Positions 27,206 to 36,284 of a stretch of DNA of 64,000 bases are shown here, piece by piece (the stretch's first letter is position 1; each line of letters starts with the position of its first letter). The notes below the pieces were generated by a model. That model had not been told where the DNA came from, searched no databases, and was given only the letters and a program-made list of their open reading frames with translations. The DNA lies in contig CAVWBU010000015.1 in assembly GCA_963753345.1 (NCBI GenBank), positions 50,337 through 114,336 on the forward strand, given 5' to 3'. The translations under genes were made by a program, and so were the position numbers. Source of the stretch: an uncultured Fibrobacterota bacterium. GTDB taxonomy: Bacteria > Fibrobacterota > Chitinivibrionia > Chitinivibrionales > FEN-1185.

Positions 27206-27412
27206 ATTGGCGCGAGATGTGATATTGACAGAATAGACTTCAGTTGCCGCGCGTTAGGTGGACTGGAGGGTGAGCAAGAGCGAATTGCCGGCCGACCCCG
27301 GCCGAAGGCCCTCGGGGCGGTCCGGCAACGAGGCGAAAGCCGAGCCCGGAAGGAGACCGACCCCAGGTAGGAGGCGAACGGCCGTGCGCCTCTACTTGGG
27401 GAAACGTCCCAA
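27206..27412 (+). repeat. Family-A structured intergenic repeat (type I, full length)
   Basis: ATTGGCGCGAGATGTGATATTGACAGAATAGACTTCAGTTGCCGCGCGTTAGGTGGACTGGAGGGTGAGC..ATTGCCGGCCGACCCCGGCCGAAGGCCCTCGGGGCGGTCCGGCAACGAGGCGAAAGCCGAGCCCGGAAGGAGACCGACCCCAGGTAGGAGGCG..CGCCTCTACTTGGGGAAACGTCCCAA. It ends 34 nt before the dnaE2 ATG. Confidence 0.88.
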
Positions 27413-27445
27413 CTCTTATAATAATAATAATGAAAAAACATAAAC

Positions 27446-30400
27446 ATGAACTTCATCCACCTCCACACCCACTCCGAATACTCCTTCCACGCCGGGGTCC
27501 CTAAAGTAAAGGAACTCGTGGCCGCGGCAAGGGCGCACGGCATGGCCGCGCTGGCCCTCACCGACACAAACCGCATGAGCGGGCTCATCGATTTTTACGT
27601 TTTGTGCCTTGAAAACGGCATAAAGCCCATCCTCGGGGTTGAACTCACCGATCCGAAACACGACTGTGACAACATAGTGGTCGCTCGCAAAGAACAAAAA
27701 CGGCTACGCAGACATGTGCGAGGTCATCACGCAGCGCCAGCTGCACCCGGAGACATTTGCATTCGGCAGGGTGTTTACAAAGGAATATCCTGACCTTTTT
27801 CTTCTTACGTCTTCGCCGCGCCTGCTGCGCGAGCTGGCCGCAACGCCGAATGCAAGGAACCTGTACGCGGAGATGCTCCATCTCGATGCTGCCTCACGCG
27901 ATGAGGCAAAGAAACTCTGCTTTATTGCGCAGCAGTTCGGCGTTCCGCTTGTTGCGGCCAACAACGTCCATTTTCTTGCAAAGCAGGACTGGGAGACGCA
28001 CCGGATACTTGCGCGCCATAGGCCATGTGTTCAACGCTGTCGCGGCTTAAACCGGAAGAGGTGATGGCCGACGCCGCGTATTTCTGCACGGCTGAAGAAA
28101 TGTGCGAACGGTTTCCCGGCCACGTCGAAGCGCTTGTCAATACCGCCAGGATCGCAGACCAGTGCAGGGCCGATCTGGAACTGGGCAACTGGATCTTCCC
28201 CAGAATTTCCGTGCCCGACGGTTTTACACCCGAGCAGTACCTGGAGAAGGTCGCGCGAGACGGGCTCGAACGCAGATACGGAGCCACACCTTCGTACCCA
28301 AAGGCAAAAGAGATTCAGGAAAAGGAGCTCGCGGTTATCAACAAACTCGGGTTTTCCTCATACTTCCTTATGGTAAAACAGGTGCGCGACTGGGCAAACA
28401 GCCGCTATAGCGGAGGGTTTAGAAAACCTGACGACTGCACTCTCATGCGCGGGTCTGCCGCAAACAGCATCACGTTTTACAACATAGGTGCAAGCGATTT
28501 GGACCCGGTGCGTTACAACCTCTACTTCGAGCGGTTTCTCAACGAAGAACGGGCAAGCCCGCCCGATGCCGATCTCGATTTCGGCTGGGACGAGCGCGAC
28601 GCGGCGTTCGACTACTTTGTCAATACGTGGGGCCGCGACCGCGTGGCCGTGATCTGCACGGTCAACCACATGAAGCGCCGCGCCGCATTCCGCGAGGTCG
28701 CCAAAGTTTTCGGCTTTAGCGAGGAACAGGTGACCGGTCTTCTGGAGCACCGCGTTCTGCCCGAGCACGACCCGGACATCCAGCGCATACTCGCGTACGC
28801 AAACAGGGTGCGCGGCAAGCCGCGGTTCCTGGGCCAGCACCCGGGCGGCATCGTCGTGACCAACGGCCCGGTATGGCGGCACGTGGCGTGCGAATATTCC
28901 GGCGGCGTCAAGAACAGGGTCGTCACGCAGATCGACATGCATTCCGGTATCGACGAGCTCGGGCTCATCAAGTTCGACATCCTCGGCAACGGCAGCCTTT
29001 CGGTGCTGCGCGACACGCTGTTCCAGATAGAGAAACAGGGCCACGCCGATCCCCGCGTATGGGACGCGCAGTACGTGCAGAACGATCCTGCGGTGCTCGA
29101 CATGATCGAAAATGGCCGCACGCGCGGCATTTTCTACATCGAGTCCCCTGCGCAGATGAAGCTCAACAGGCAGGCTCTGGCGCGCAGCTTCGAGGAGATC
29201 GGCATCACGTCGAGCGCGGTGCGGCCGGCAGGAGCACAGTACACAAAAGTGTTTGTGGAACGCCACCGCAAAATGAAGCAGGGGATTGTCGATTGGAAAT
29301 TTGTACACCCGTCGCTTGAGCCCATATTGTCCGAAACGCACGACTGTCTGGTATACCAGGAAGATGTGGTGAAGATCTGCAGGGAGATCGCGGGGATGAA
29401 CTTTAAGCGCGCCGACCGCGTGCGTAAGATGATGAACAGCCAGCACGACGGCGCGCCCGACGATTACGAGGCGGTCGCCAGGGAATTCATGGAGGGCTGC
29501 ATGGCGCATAAGGGATTGTCGCGGCCGCAGGCCGGCGAATTGTGGGAGCGGGTGAGCTCGTTCGTGGGGTTTTCCTTCTGTAAATCGCACAGCCTTAGCT
29601 ATGCCATACTGTCGTTCAAGTGCGCCTTTCTCAAGGCGCATTATCCGGCGCAGTTCATGGCGTCGGTGATTTCCAACCTGCACGGATTTTACTCTACCGA
29701 CACCTACCTCAACGAGGCACGGCGGCTGGGCATCACCATAAACCCCGTCCACATCAACGCGAGCAGGGTCGAAAGCCGCGGCAAGGGGCGGTTTCTTACC
29801 GTGGGACTCATGCACGTCAAGGGTATGAGCGTCCGCACCCTGCGGTCAATTATTGACGAACGCGCTGGAAACGGCCCGTTCCGCGGCCTTCTCGATTTCA
29901 TCCGGCGCACCACCACGGGAAAAAGCGAGATCGAGAAGCTTGTGCGGGCCGGATGCTTCGACGGGTTCAACCTGAACCGGCCCGAGCTTCTCGCCCTGCT
30001 CGACGCAGCGTACGGCGGAGCGTGCGGCGCGCGCGATGCGCGCAGCGCAGAGAGTGACCTGTTCGGCGGCCTGCGGCCGTCCGATATGGATCTGCACCCC
30101 GGCCTTTCCGATTATTCCCTTACGCGCAAATGTCTTGACGAACTGGAACTTCTCGGGTTCATGCTGTCGGGCAACATCCTCGACATCCTGGATCTGCACC
30201 CCGAGGCGCGAAATGCGGTGCTGTGCGGCGATGTCGCTAAGCACGCAGGCCGCGGGGTGAAAGTGTTCGGGTGGCCCATCACGTCGCGCGTGCATCCGGT
30301 GCCGGGCAGGGGAGACATGAAGTTCATCACCGTGGAGGACAAGTCGGGCTGCGCCGACGTCGTGCTGTGGCCCGACGTTTACAAACAGTACGCCGATGTC

Positions 30401-30592
30401 ACGCTGAGGCCGGGCCCGTTCGCCATTTCCGGTTATGTCAAGGAACAATTCGGCGTCCCGTCCGTGTTCGCGCAATCGATACGCGGGGTGGAGTGGTCGC
30501 CGTCCATCGTGGATTTCGAGCTGGCGAGCAAGAGATTGATGAAGTCTTACAATGAGGAATTTGTATACAGAGATGCAATTAAGGCAGCATAG
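27446..30592 (+). pseudogene. dnaE2: Error-prone DNA polymerase III alpha subunit (DnaE2/ImuC-like), reading frame interrupted at least twice
   Basis: PHP domain start MNFIHLHTHSEYSF. Frame 2 (27446..) must switch to frame 0 at about 27683 (..DNIVV|LAKNKNGYADMCEVITQRQL) and back to frame 2 at about 28022-28030 (..WETHRILARHR|CSTLSRLKPEEVMADAAYF). The remaining 855 aa are intact. Total length is about 1049 codons, typical of DnaE2 rather than DnaE1. Confidence 0.85.
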
Positions 30593-30605
30593 ATATAAAT
30601 AAAAT

Positions 30606-30762
30606 TTTAGTGGGGGAAGGCTCCCCCTCGCTTCGGCTCGGCGCTCGTATTTTCAAAGTTCATCTCATTCCGCGCCGGTCCTACGCTACCCCCTCGTGGG
30701 TAGCCCCCTAGAGAGTTGATTGGCAAGAATGAAACTTGGACTGCGGGGGCACCAAGAAAGAG
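30606..30762 (+). repeat. Family-B structured intergenic repeat (subtype B2)
   Basis: TTTAGTGGGGGAAGGCTCCCCCTCGCTTCGG...CCGGTCCTACGCTACCCCCTCGTGGGTAGCCCCCTAGAGAGTTGATTGGCAAGAATGAAACTTGGACTGCGGGGGCACCAAGAAAGAG. It starts 14 nt after the dnaE2 stop codon. Confidence 0.85.
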
Positions 30763-30783
30763 AGTTGACAGTTGAAAGTTGGA
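30763..30783 (+). repeat. Degenerate GTTGANNN tract
   Basis: AGTTGACA GTTGAAA GTTGG. Confidence 0.45.
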
Positions 30784-30784
30784 G

Positions 30785-30916
30785 GCTGGCGCAAGAAATA
30801 CCAATTAACTGAATAAATTACTCCTGCCGTGCGTTAGGCAGCCCGAGGCCGAAGGCCGAGACCGGAAGGACGGCCGACCCGACCCCGAGCTTAGTCGAGG
30901 GGAAGGGGAACGCCCT
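30785..30916 (+). repeat. Family-A repeat, internally deleted type II derivative
   Basis: GCTGGCGCAAGAAATACCAATTAACTGAATAAATTACTCCTGCCGTGCGTTAGGCAG joins directly to CCCGAGGCCGAAGGCCGAGACCGGAAGGACGGCCGACCCGACCCCGAGCTTAGTCGAGGGGAAGGGGAACGCCCT. The central helices are missing. It ends 32 nt before the imuB-like ATG. Confidence 0.75.
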
Positions 30917-30947
30917 GCTTTAAGCTTTAATTGCAGAAAAAGAACAA

Positions 30948-32153
30948 ATGAACTGGTATATAAGCATTTACATTCAGGATTTTCCGGCCCAAGCATACGC
31001 GGCGTATCACCCAGAAATAGTGGGCATGCCGTATGTGATGGCCCGTCAGCGGGCCGACAGCCACAAGAGCGTGGTGACGTCGCTGTCGCCCGAGGCGCAG
31101 GCCAGGGGGATCTATCACGGGTTTTCGGTTGCGCGCCTTAAAGAACGCTTCGGCGACGTTCGTATTGTACAGGAAGACCCATCGCTCGCGGCCGCAATCG
31201 CCGGCGATCTCGGCGCGGTACTGGCCGCGTTCTCGCCCGATGTGCGTGTGGACAAACGCGGAAACGCTCTTGTCAACGTGAGCGGCATGCAGCGGCTTCT
31301 GGCGGCGCGGTTTGGAACGCTGCCCGGAGAAATCCGCGCCGCTGTGAAATCGGTACTGGCCCTGCGCGCCTGCGCATGCGGCGCGGCCGCGTCGCCGTAC
31401 GTGGCGTTTATGGCCGCCCGCGCAGCCGCGCCCGACGGCGTTGTCGTATGCGAACAGGGCGCCGAGGCGGCCATGCTCGCGCCGGTCGCGGCAGCGGCCC
31501 TGCCCGGCCTTTCCGATGGCGTAAAGCAGCGGCTCGCCGATTACAATATACGCACGGTCGCCGACATTCAACGGCTTTCCGAGGGTTTTTGTGCGGCCAG
31601 GTTCGGCGAGGAAGGCGTACGGCTGCACGCCATGGCGCACGGCATGTTCCTCGAAGCTCGGCCGCTGTCCGCCCCTCCTGACATCGAATACGGCCGCACG
31701 CTCGCGCGCGACGAGAACGACGCTGCCGCACTGAAGAGCCATATACGATACATTGCAGACAGGCTCGCGTTCGAGCTGCACGCGGCCCAAAAGCAGGCCG
31801 GCAGCGTGGCGTTTACGGTGCGCTATTCCGACAACAAGGCCGTGCGGCGCTCCATGAGGCTTTTGTCGCCCACGGCAGATTTCACCACGCTGTACGAATG
31901 CTGCTGCCGGCTGTTTGCGCAGGCCTGCGACCGTCGCATCGCGGTGCGGCGGCTGTCGGCGTCGGCGCGGCCGTTTGACGAACGCGAATGCCAGCTCGAT
32001 CTGTTCGACAACGCGGCGCAGGTGAAGCAGGAGAACATCGGCAGGAGCATAGGGGAGATACGGGTGAGGATGGGGTTTGGGATTGTAAGAAATGGCAATA
32101 TAGAATACAATGCCGTCGGGGGAGAGGTACAGCCTGTCTCAAAACCCAGTTGA
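30948..32153 (+). CDS. imuB: Y-family polymerase-like protein lacking the canonical catalytic motif (ImuB-like)
   Basis: 401 aa. Y-family fold pattern, but it opens YISIYIQDFPAQAY instead of the DinB-type IDMDAFF. It lies next to dnaE2. The last ~12 codons and the stop lie inside repeat element C. Confidence 0.62.
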   Translation: MNWYISIYIQDFPAQAYAAYHPEIVGMPYVMARQRADSHKSVVTSLSPEAQARGIYHGFSVARLKERFGDVRIVQEDPSLAAAIAGDLGAVLAAFSPDVRVDKRGNALVNVSGMQRLLAARFGTLPGEIRAAVKSVLALRACACGAAASPYVAFMAARAAAPDGVVVCEQGAEAAMLAPVAAAALPGLSDGVKQRLADYNIRTVADIQRLSEGFCAARFGEEGVRLHAMAHGMFLEARPLSAPPDIEYGRTLARDENDAAALKSHIRYIADRLAFELHAAQKQAGSVAFTVRYSDNKAVRRSMRLLSPTADFTTLYECCCRLFAQACDRRIAVRRLSASARPFDERECQLDLFDNAAQVKQENIGRSIGEIRVRMGFGIVRNGNIEYNAVGGEVQPVSKPS

Positions 32154-32300
32154 AGAGCTGGGCGCCTGCCTTCGGCACCGGTTCTCCTTCCGGTCTCGGC
32201 CGCAGGCCTCGGGCTGCCTGCCACGAAGGCCCTGCGGGCCGTGGTCAGGCAGCACCGCGCTTTGGCGCGGCCTCCAGTCGCCCCTGGCGCGCGGCAGAAG
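32117..32300 (-). repeat. C extension plus family-A repeat (type II)
   Basis: The plus strand reads GGGGGAGAGGTACAGCCTGTCTCAAAACCCAGTTGAAGAG (C), then CTGGGCGCCTGCCTTCGGCACCGGTTCTCCTTCCGGTCTCGGCCGCAGGCCTCGGGCTGCC...CCTCCAGTCGCCCCTGGCGCGCGGCAGAAG. It is colinear with the reverse complement of 16695..16872. Confidence 0.8.
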
Positions 32301-32409
32301 CGCATTACCGCAATTGTACTTGACGCTAGCGAAAGAGGGACAGTAAATTTTATCGCCGCAGAGCGGCATACCATAGCGAAGGCGTTGCGGAAACGTGACG
32401 CGCGCAATG

Positions 32410-32432
32410 CGCAAGCGTTGCGCCTCGCGCAC
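32410..32432. repeat. 23-nt GC palindrome-containing repeat (family E)
   Basis: GCGCAAGCGTTGCGCCTCGCGCA. One mismatch to 26042..26064. Confidence 0.55.
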
Positions 32433-32499
32433 GTTTCTGCTGGAAAGGGTGTGGGTGCAGATCGCCGCACGCCGTGTCGGCGGGCGGAAGCTGCACCCA

Positions 32500-32530
32500 G
32501 GGGAAACCGCGCAGCGGTGTCCCCACCAGA
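32500..32530 (-). repeat. Family-B 5'-end-like fragment
   Basis: The minus strand reads TCTGGTGGGGACACCGCTGCGCGGTTTCCCC. Compare the B 5' variant TTGGTGGGGGCACCGCTTTGCGTTTCCCCC at 39640-39672. It lies 24 nt upstream of the DUF72 ATG. Confidence 0.5.
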
Positions 32531-32553
32531 TATTTTCACTAATATTGATTTCT

Positions 32554-33489
32554 ATGGAAACTAAACCTACTAAATGGCACCCCTTCGAAATCCCGCCGGA
32601 CATAACTTCGCAGGGATTTTACATCGGCACGTCAGGCTATTACTTTGACGACTGGATCGGGGTGTTCAATCCGCCAAGGCCTAAACGTTTGCAAAAAGCG
32701 GAAGACATTGCGCCTCGCGAGGACTTCGACCGTCTCATGTTTTGCCAGAAGTACTTTCGCCTTATTGAAATAAATTCAAGTTTTTACATGGAGCCGGCCA
32801 AACAGACGTACCTTGACATGGAACGCCGCAGCCTGGTAAACTCCCTGTTTGCGGTAAAGGCGCACCAGAGCGTGTCGCACACAAAGGAATGGGACGCACA
32901 GAAGTCAAAAGAAATGATGGAGCGCCACATCGATGCGGTGGCGCCGCTCGTGGAGTCCGGACGGTTTTACAGTTTTCTGATCCAGCTTGAAGACCGCAAC
33001 GCGCACAGCCTCAGAAAGCTGGACTACTTGCTTGCGGTATGCGAACCAGCGACAAGCAGGAAAATCGACGTGCACATCGAATTCAGGCATATCACCTGGC
33101 ACCGCGAGGCTGTACTGCAGAAGCTCAAGGACTTCGGGATAGGCATCTGCAACACCGATATGCCGCAGTTTCCGCATGTGTTTCCGCTCAAGGCGTATGC
33201 CACGACGCCAAAGGGCTATGTTCGATATTCGGGAAGGAATATGGACAGCTGGTATCCAAAAGACAAGGCGAAAACCGCCCGCGAGCGGCTTGCCCAGCGC
33301 AACAACCGTTACGATTACCGATATAGCGGGGACGAAATTGAACAGCATGCGGCGGATCAGATCAAACTGGCGCAAAAGACGAATGTCGTTGCAGCGGCGT
33401 ACAACAACCATTTCAATGCACAGGCGGTGCAGAATGCAATCGAGAACATCAAAGTGCTCAATGAAAAGTTGAGGGAGGGAAAGTCATAA
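32554..33489 (+). CDS. DUF72 (UPF0759) family protein
   Basis: 311 aa from METKPTK. FYIGTSGYYFDDW.GVFNP.. and ..EINSSFY are typical DUF72 opening motifs. Confidence 0.72.
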   Translation: METKPTKWHPFEIPPDITSQGFYIGTSGYYFDDWIGVFNPPRPKRLQKAEDIAPREDFDRLMFCQKYFRLIEINSSFYMEPAKQTYLDMERRSLVNSLFAVKAHQSVSHTKEWDAQKSKEMMERHIDAVAPLVESGRFYSFLIQLEDRNAHSLRKLDYLLAVCEPATSRKIDVHIEFRHITWHREAVLQKLKDFGIGICNTDMPQFPHVFPLKAYATTPKGYVRYSGRNMDSWYPKDKAKTARERLAQRNNRYDYRYSGDEIEQHAADQIKLAQKTNVVAAAYNNHFNAQAVQNAIENIKVLNEKLREGKS

Positions 33490-33525
33490 CGCATTGATCC
33501 GTACAACGTGTTGCGTTCTCGACTT

Positions 33526-34746
33526 TCAAATCTTTGGTTTGTCAACGTGCGGATTTTCCGGCCCTGTCAGGTCCGTCCCCCGCACCACAATATCGTCGCC
33601 GAACCTGTCGGCGAGCCTGTCGATGGCACGCTCGGACTTTTCCCACGGCACCTGAGAGTTGTCCTGTTTGAAAAGATCAAGCTGCACCTCCCCGCCGAAT
33701 CCGGTAATACCCACGCCGATCAGCCGGAGCTTGAAATTCCTGGGCAGGGAATCACACAAGATAACCGCATGAGTGAATATGGCATTTGCGAGGGAAGTGG
33801 GAGAGGCGAGCGTGGTACGCCGGGTATGTTTTGTAAAGTCGGCGCCCCGGTAAATAAAGACCACTGTCCTTCCCACAATGCCAGCTTTTCGTGCGCTCCG
33901 GGACACATCCTGCGACAGCGCGAGCAGCGTTTTCTTCCATTGTTCCCGGTCTGACGAGTCCTTTTCAAAGGTATGCTCCCGGGAAATGGACCGTGCATCC
34001 TCATCGTTTCCAACAGGCCGGTTGTCGATGCCGCGGCACAAGTCATACAAATCGACGCCCGATTCACCGAATGCCTGCACCAGGGACTCTTGCGACCTTT
34101 CTTGAAGGTCTCCAATGGTGATGATCCCCATGCTGCGCAGCACGGCCTCGGTCTTTTTCCCCACGCCCCATATTTTTCCAACCGGGTGCGGTGCGAGCCA
34201 CAAGACGATTTCCTGCGGATCGGACGGAACAAGGGTCAGACCGTCGGGCTTGTGCAGGTCCGACGCGAATTTCGCAAGGAACTTGTTCGGTGCCACGCCG
34301 ACGGACGCAGTAAGGGACAGCCGGTCCTTGATGGCGTGGCGTATGGCGGTTGCGACGGACTTGCCGTCGCCGAAAAGTTTACCGGTTCCGGTGGCGTCAA
34401 GAAATGCCTCGTCAACCGAAACCTGCTCCACAACCGGGGAGAAGCTGTGCAGAATCCCCATCACCCTGTGAGACTCTTCACCGTAGACCTCCATGCGGGG
34501 CGGCAGAAAAACGGCCTGTGGGCAGCGCCTGAACGCCTCGTTGATCGGCATGGCCGAGTGTATGCCGAATTTCCTCGCCTCATAGCTTGCGGCAGCAACG
34601 ACCCCGCGGTGTCCAGGCCTCGCTCCGACCACGACCGGTTTCCCTCGGTAAACAGGGTTGTCGCGCTGTTCTATCGAGGTGAAGAAAGCATCCATGTCGA
34701 TGTGGAGAATGATGCGTTGGATGGATGATCCCAAATTGTGAGGCAT
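33526..34746 (-). CDS. dinB: DNA polymerase IV
   Basis: 406 aa. ILHIDMDAFFTSIEQRDNP.YRGKPVVVG, SYEAR.FGI.SAMP, and SIDEAFLD are canonical DinB motifs. Confidence 0.93.
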   Translation of the reverse strand: MPHNLGSSIQRIILHIDMDAFFTSIEQRDNPVYRGKPVVVGARPGHRGVVAAASYEARKFGIHSAMPINEAFRRCPQAVFLPPRMEVYGEESHRVMGILHSFSPVVEQVSVDEAFLDATGTGKLFGDGKSVATAIRHAIKDRLSLTASVGVAPNKFLAKFASDLHKPDGLTLVPSDPQEIVLWLAPHPVGKIWGVGKKTEAVLRSMGIITIGDLQERSQESLVQAFGESGVDLYDLCRGIDNRPVGNDEDARSISREHTFEKDSSDREQWKKTLLALSQDVSRSARKAGIVGRTVVFIYRGADFTKHTRRTTLASPTSLANAIFTHAVILCDSLPRNFKLRLIGVGITGFGGEVQLDLFKQDNSQVPWEKSERAIDRLADRFGDDIVVRGTDLTGPENPHVDKPKI

Positions 34747-34786
34747 AATAACAAATTATACATGACGCGGTTAAGAAAAAAAAAGA

Positions 34787-34822
34787 GTTGAAGCGTTGAA
34801 AAGTTGAAACGTTGAAAAGTTC
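34787..34822 (+). repeat. GTTGAANN tandem octamer tract (4.5 units)
   Basis: GTTGAAGC GTTGAAAA GTTGAAAC GTTGAAAA GTTC. No B copy lies upstream in this case. Confidence 0.8.
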
Positions 34823-34867
34823 TAAATTAAAAATAAAACGTCCCCCCTTGATTTATAGCGAATGCCG

Positions 34868-35051
34868 ATTGGCGCGAGAAAAACTAATTGTCTAAAAGGG
34901 AGGCTATTGCCGCGCGCCAGGCAGGATCGGAAGGTGAGCTAAAGCGAATCGCTGGCCGACCCTCGCCGTGGGCGCTAAGGGCGGTCCAGCAACGAGGCCG
35001 TAGGCCGAGCCTGGAGGGAGGGCCGCCGCCGCGTAGCGGCGGGGCGCCCAT
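34868..35051 (+). repeat. Family-A structured intergenic repeat (type I, full length, divergent)
   Basis: ATTGGCGCGAGAAAAACTAATTGTCTAAAAGGGAGGCTATTGCCGCGCGCCAGGCAGGATCGGAAGGTGAGC..ATCGCTGGCCGACCC...GGGCGGTCCAGCAACGAGGCCGTAGGCCGAGCCTGGAGGGAGGGCCGCCGCC-GCGT-AGCGGCGGGGCGCCCAT. Confidence 0.85.
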
Positions 35052-35075
35052 ATTCTTTTACATGAAAGGGAAATG

Positions 35076-35888
35076 CTACGTGACCTGGATCAGCCCGCTG
35101 CTGATCTTCTCTATCTTTTCGAGACTGGCGAGGAATGCGTCAACCACCCGCGGATCAAATTGTTTGCCCCGTTCACTCTTTATGACCTCGATCGCATCGG
35201 GAATGGAGGTGGGGTCCTTGTAGGAGCGTTTCGATGTGATTGCGTCAAACGTGTCGGCGAGCGCCACGATCCTTCCCGGAAGGGGAATGGCGTCGCCTAT
35301 GATACCGCACGGATACCCGGTGCCGTTCCACCGTTCGTGATGGGTAAGAGCGATCTGCCCGGCAACGGTGAGAATGTGCGACTTGGAATTGGCGAGGATT
35401 TCCGCGCCGATGACCGTGTGCCGCTTCATGATGCTGAATTCATCGTCTGTCAACCTGCGCGGCGCGGTGATGATGTAATCCGGTATGCCGATCTTGCCGA
35501 CATCGTGCATGGGTGCGGCATAGAGGATGGTGAGAACGTCCCGTTCGGAAAGCCCCATTTTCTCGGCGATGACCGCGCTGTACCTGCTCATGCGCGCGAT
35601 ATGCTGACCGGTGAACTCGTCTTTGTACTCCACGGCCAGCATCAGCCGGTGGACCGTGTCGTAATACGCTTCCTGCAGTTCATTGTTCACCGACTTGAGC
35701 ATCGAATTGTTCCTCTGCAGGTCTTCGGCGTACTTCTTGAGCTGCCGGTTGGTGGCGGCAAGTTCATTGCGGTGTTTTTTTGTTTCCTTGTAGAGGCGGG
35801 CGAAATCGCGAGCGTACCTGATGGACTGCGACGACGCGAGCTCCAGTTCCTTCTTGAGGGCTTGCGTCTTCGCCGACCGGAGCAGCAT
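35076..35888 (-). CDS. HD-GYP domain protein (probable c-di-GMP phosphodiesterase) with N-terminal coiled coil
   Basis: 270 aa. HDVGKIGIPD and HHERWNGTGYP motifs. Confidence 0.85.
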   Translation of the reverse strand: MLLRSAKTQALKKELELASSQSIRYARDFARLYKETKKHRNELAATNRQLKKYAEDLQRNNSMLKSVNNELQEAYYDTVHRLMLAVEYKDEFTGQHIARMSRYSAVIAEKMGLSERDVLTILYAAPMHDVGKIGIPDYIITAPRRLTDDEFSIMKRHTVIGAEILANSKSHILTVAGQIALTHHERWNGTGYPCGIIGDAIPLPGRIVALADTFDAITSKRSYKDPTSIPDAIEVIKSERGKQFDPRVVDAFLASLEKIEKISSGLIQVT

Positions 35889-35903
35889 GTGACGGTCCTT
35901 TCT

Positions 35904-36284
35904 CTATGCGCCGACGCCGCCGAGCGAGAGGTTGTCGATGCGCTGAAGCAGGTCGAGAGGGCTGAATGGCTTGATAAAGTAAGATTCGGCCCCCGCCTTG
36001 AGAGCTTCCTTCTGAACCTGCTTTTCATCGGTTCCCGTGAGGATTATTACCTTGCAGTTCTTGGTGAGAGGATTGCTTTTAATGGTCCTTGTCGCCTCGA
36101 TGCCGTTGATGCCGCCCTCGAGCGTGACGTCCATGATGATGAAATCGGGCTTTTCCACGGTCGCAATGGCGATCGCGCGCATGGCATCCGCCGCTTCGAG
36201 AACCCGGTATTCGGTAGGGTCAAACGTTGCAATGACAAGTTCTCTGATGTCCCTGTTGTCATCGACGATAAGGAGCTTTTTCAT
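35904..36284 (-). CDS. Response regulator receiver protein (single REC domain)
   Basis: 126 aa from MKKLLIVDDN. DFIIMDV phospho-acceptor Asp context and the KPF motif. Confidence 0.85.
   Translation of the reverse strand: MKKLLIVDDNRDIRELVIATFDPTEYRVLEAADAMRAIAIATVEKPDFIIMDVTLEGGINGIEATRTIKSNPLTKNCKVIILTGTDEKQVQKEALKAGAESYFIKPFSPLDLLQRIDNLSLGGVGA

Noticed and set aside
26975-27370. Short ORFs starting at the ATGGGCGTT end of A copies (MGVP..., for example 26975..27370, 25812..26000, 39259..39471, 6340..6549) might encode a repeated small protein.
   Set aside because: Copies differ by indels that change the frame. The predicted peptides are R/P/G/A-rich, as expected from GC-rich non-coding sequence. 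The conservation pattern is in paired stems, not in codons.
26975-27412. The inverted A pair as a long perfect cruciform or hairpin.
   Set aside because: The two copies belong to different subtypes and differ at many positions, so a continuous inter-copy helix of about 170 bp would not form. Only the local hairpins within each copy are well paired.
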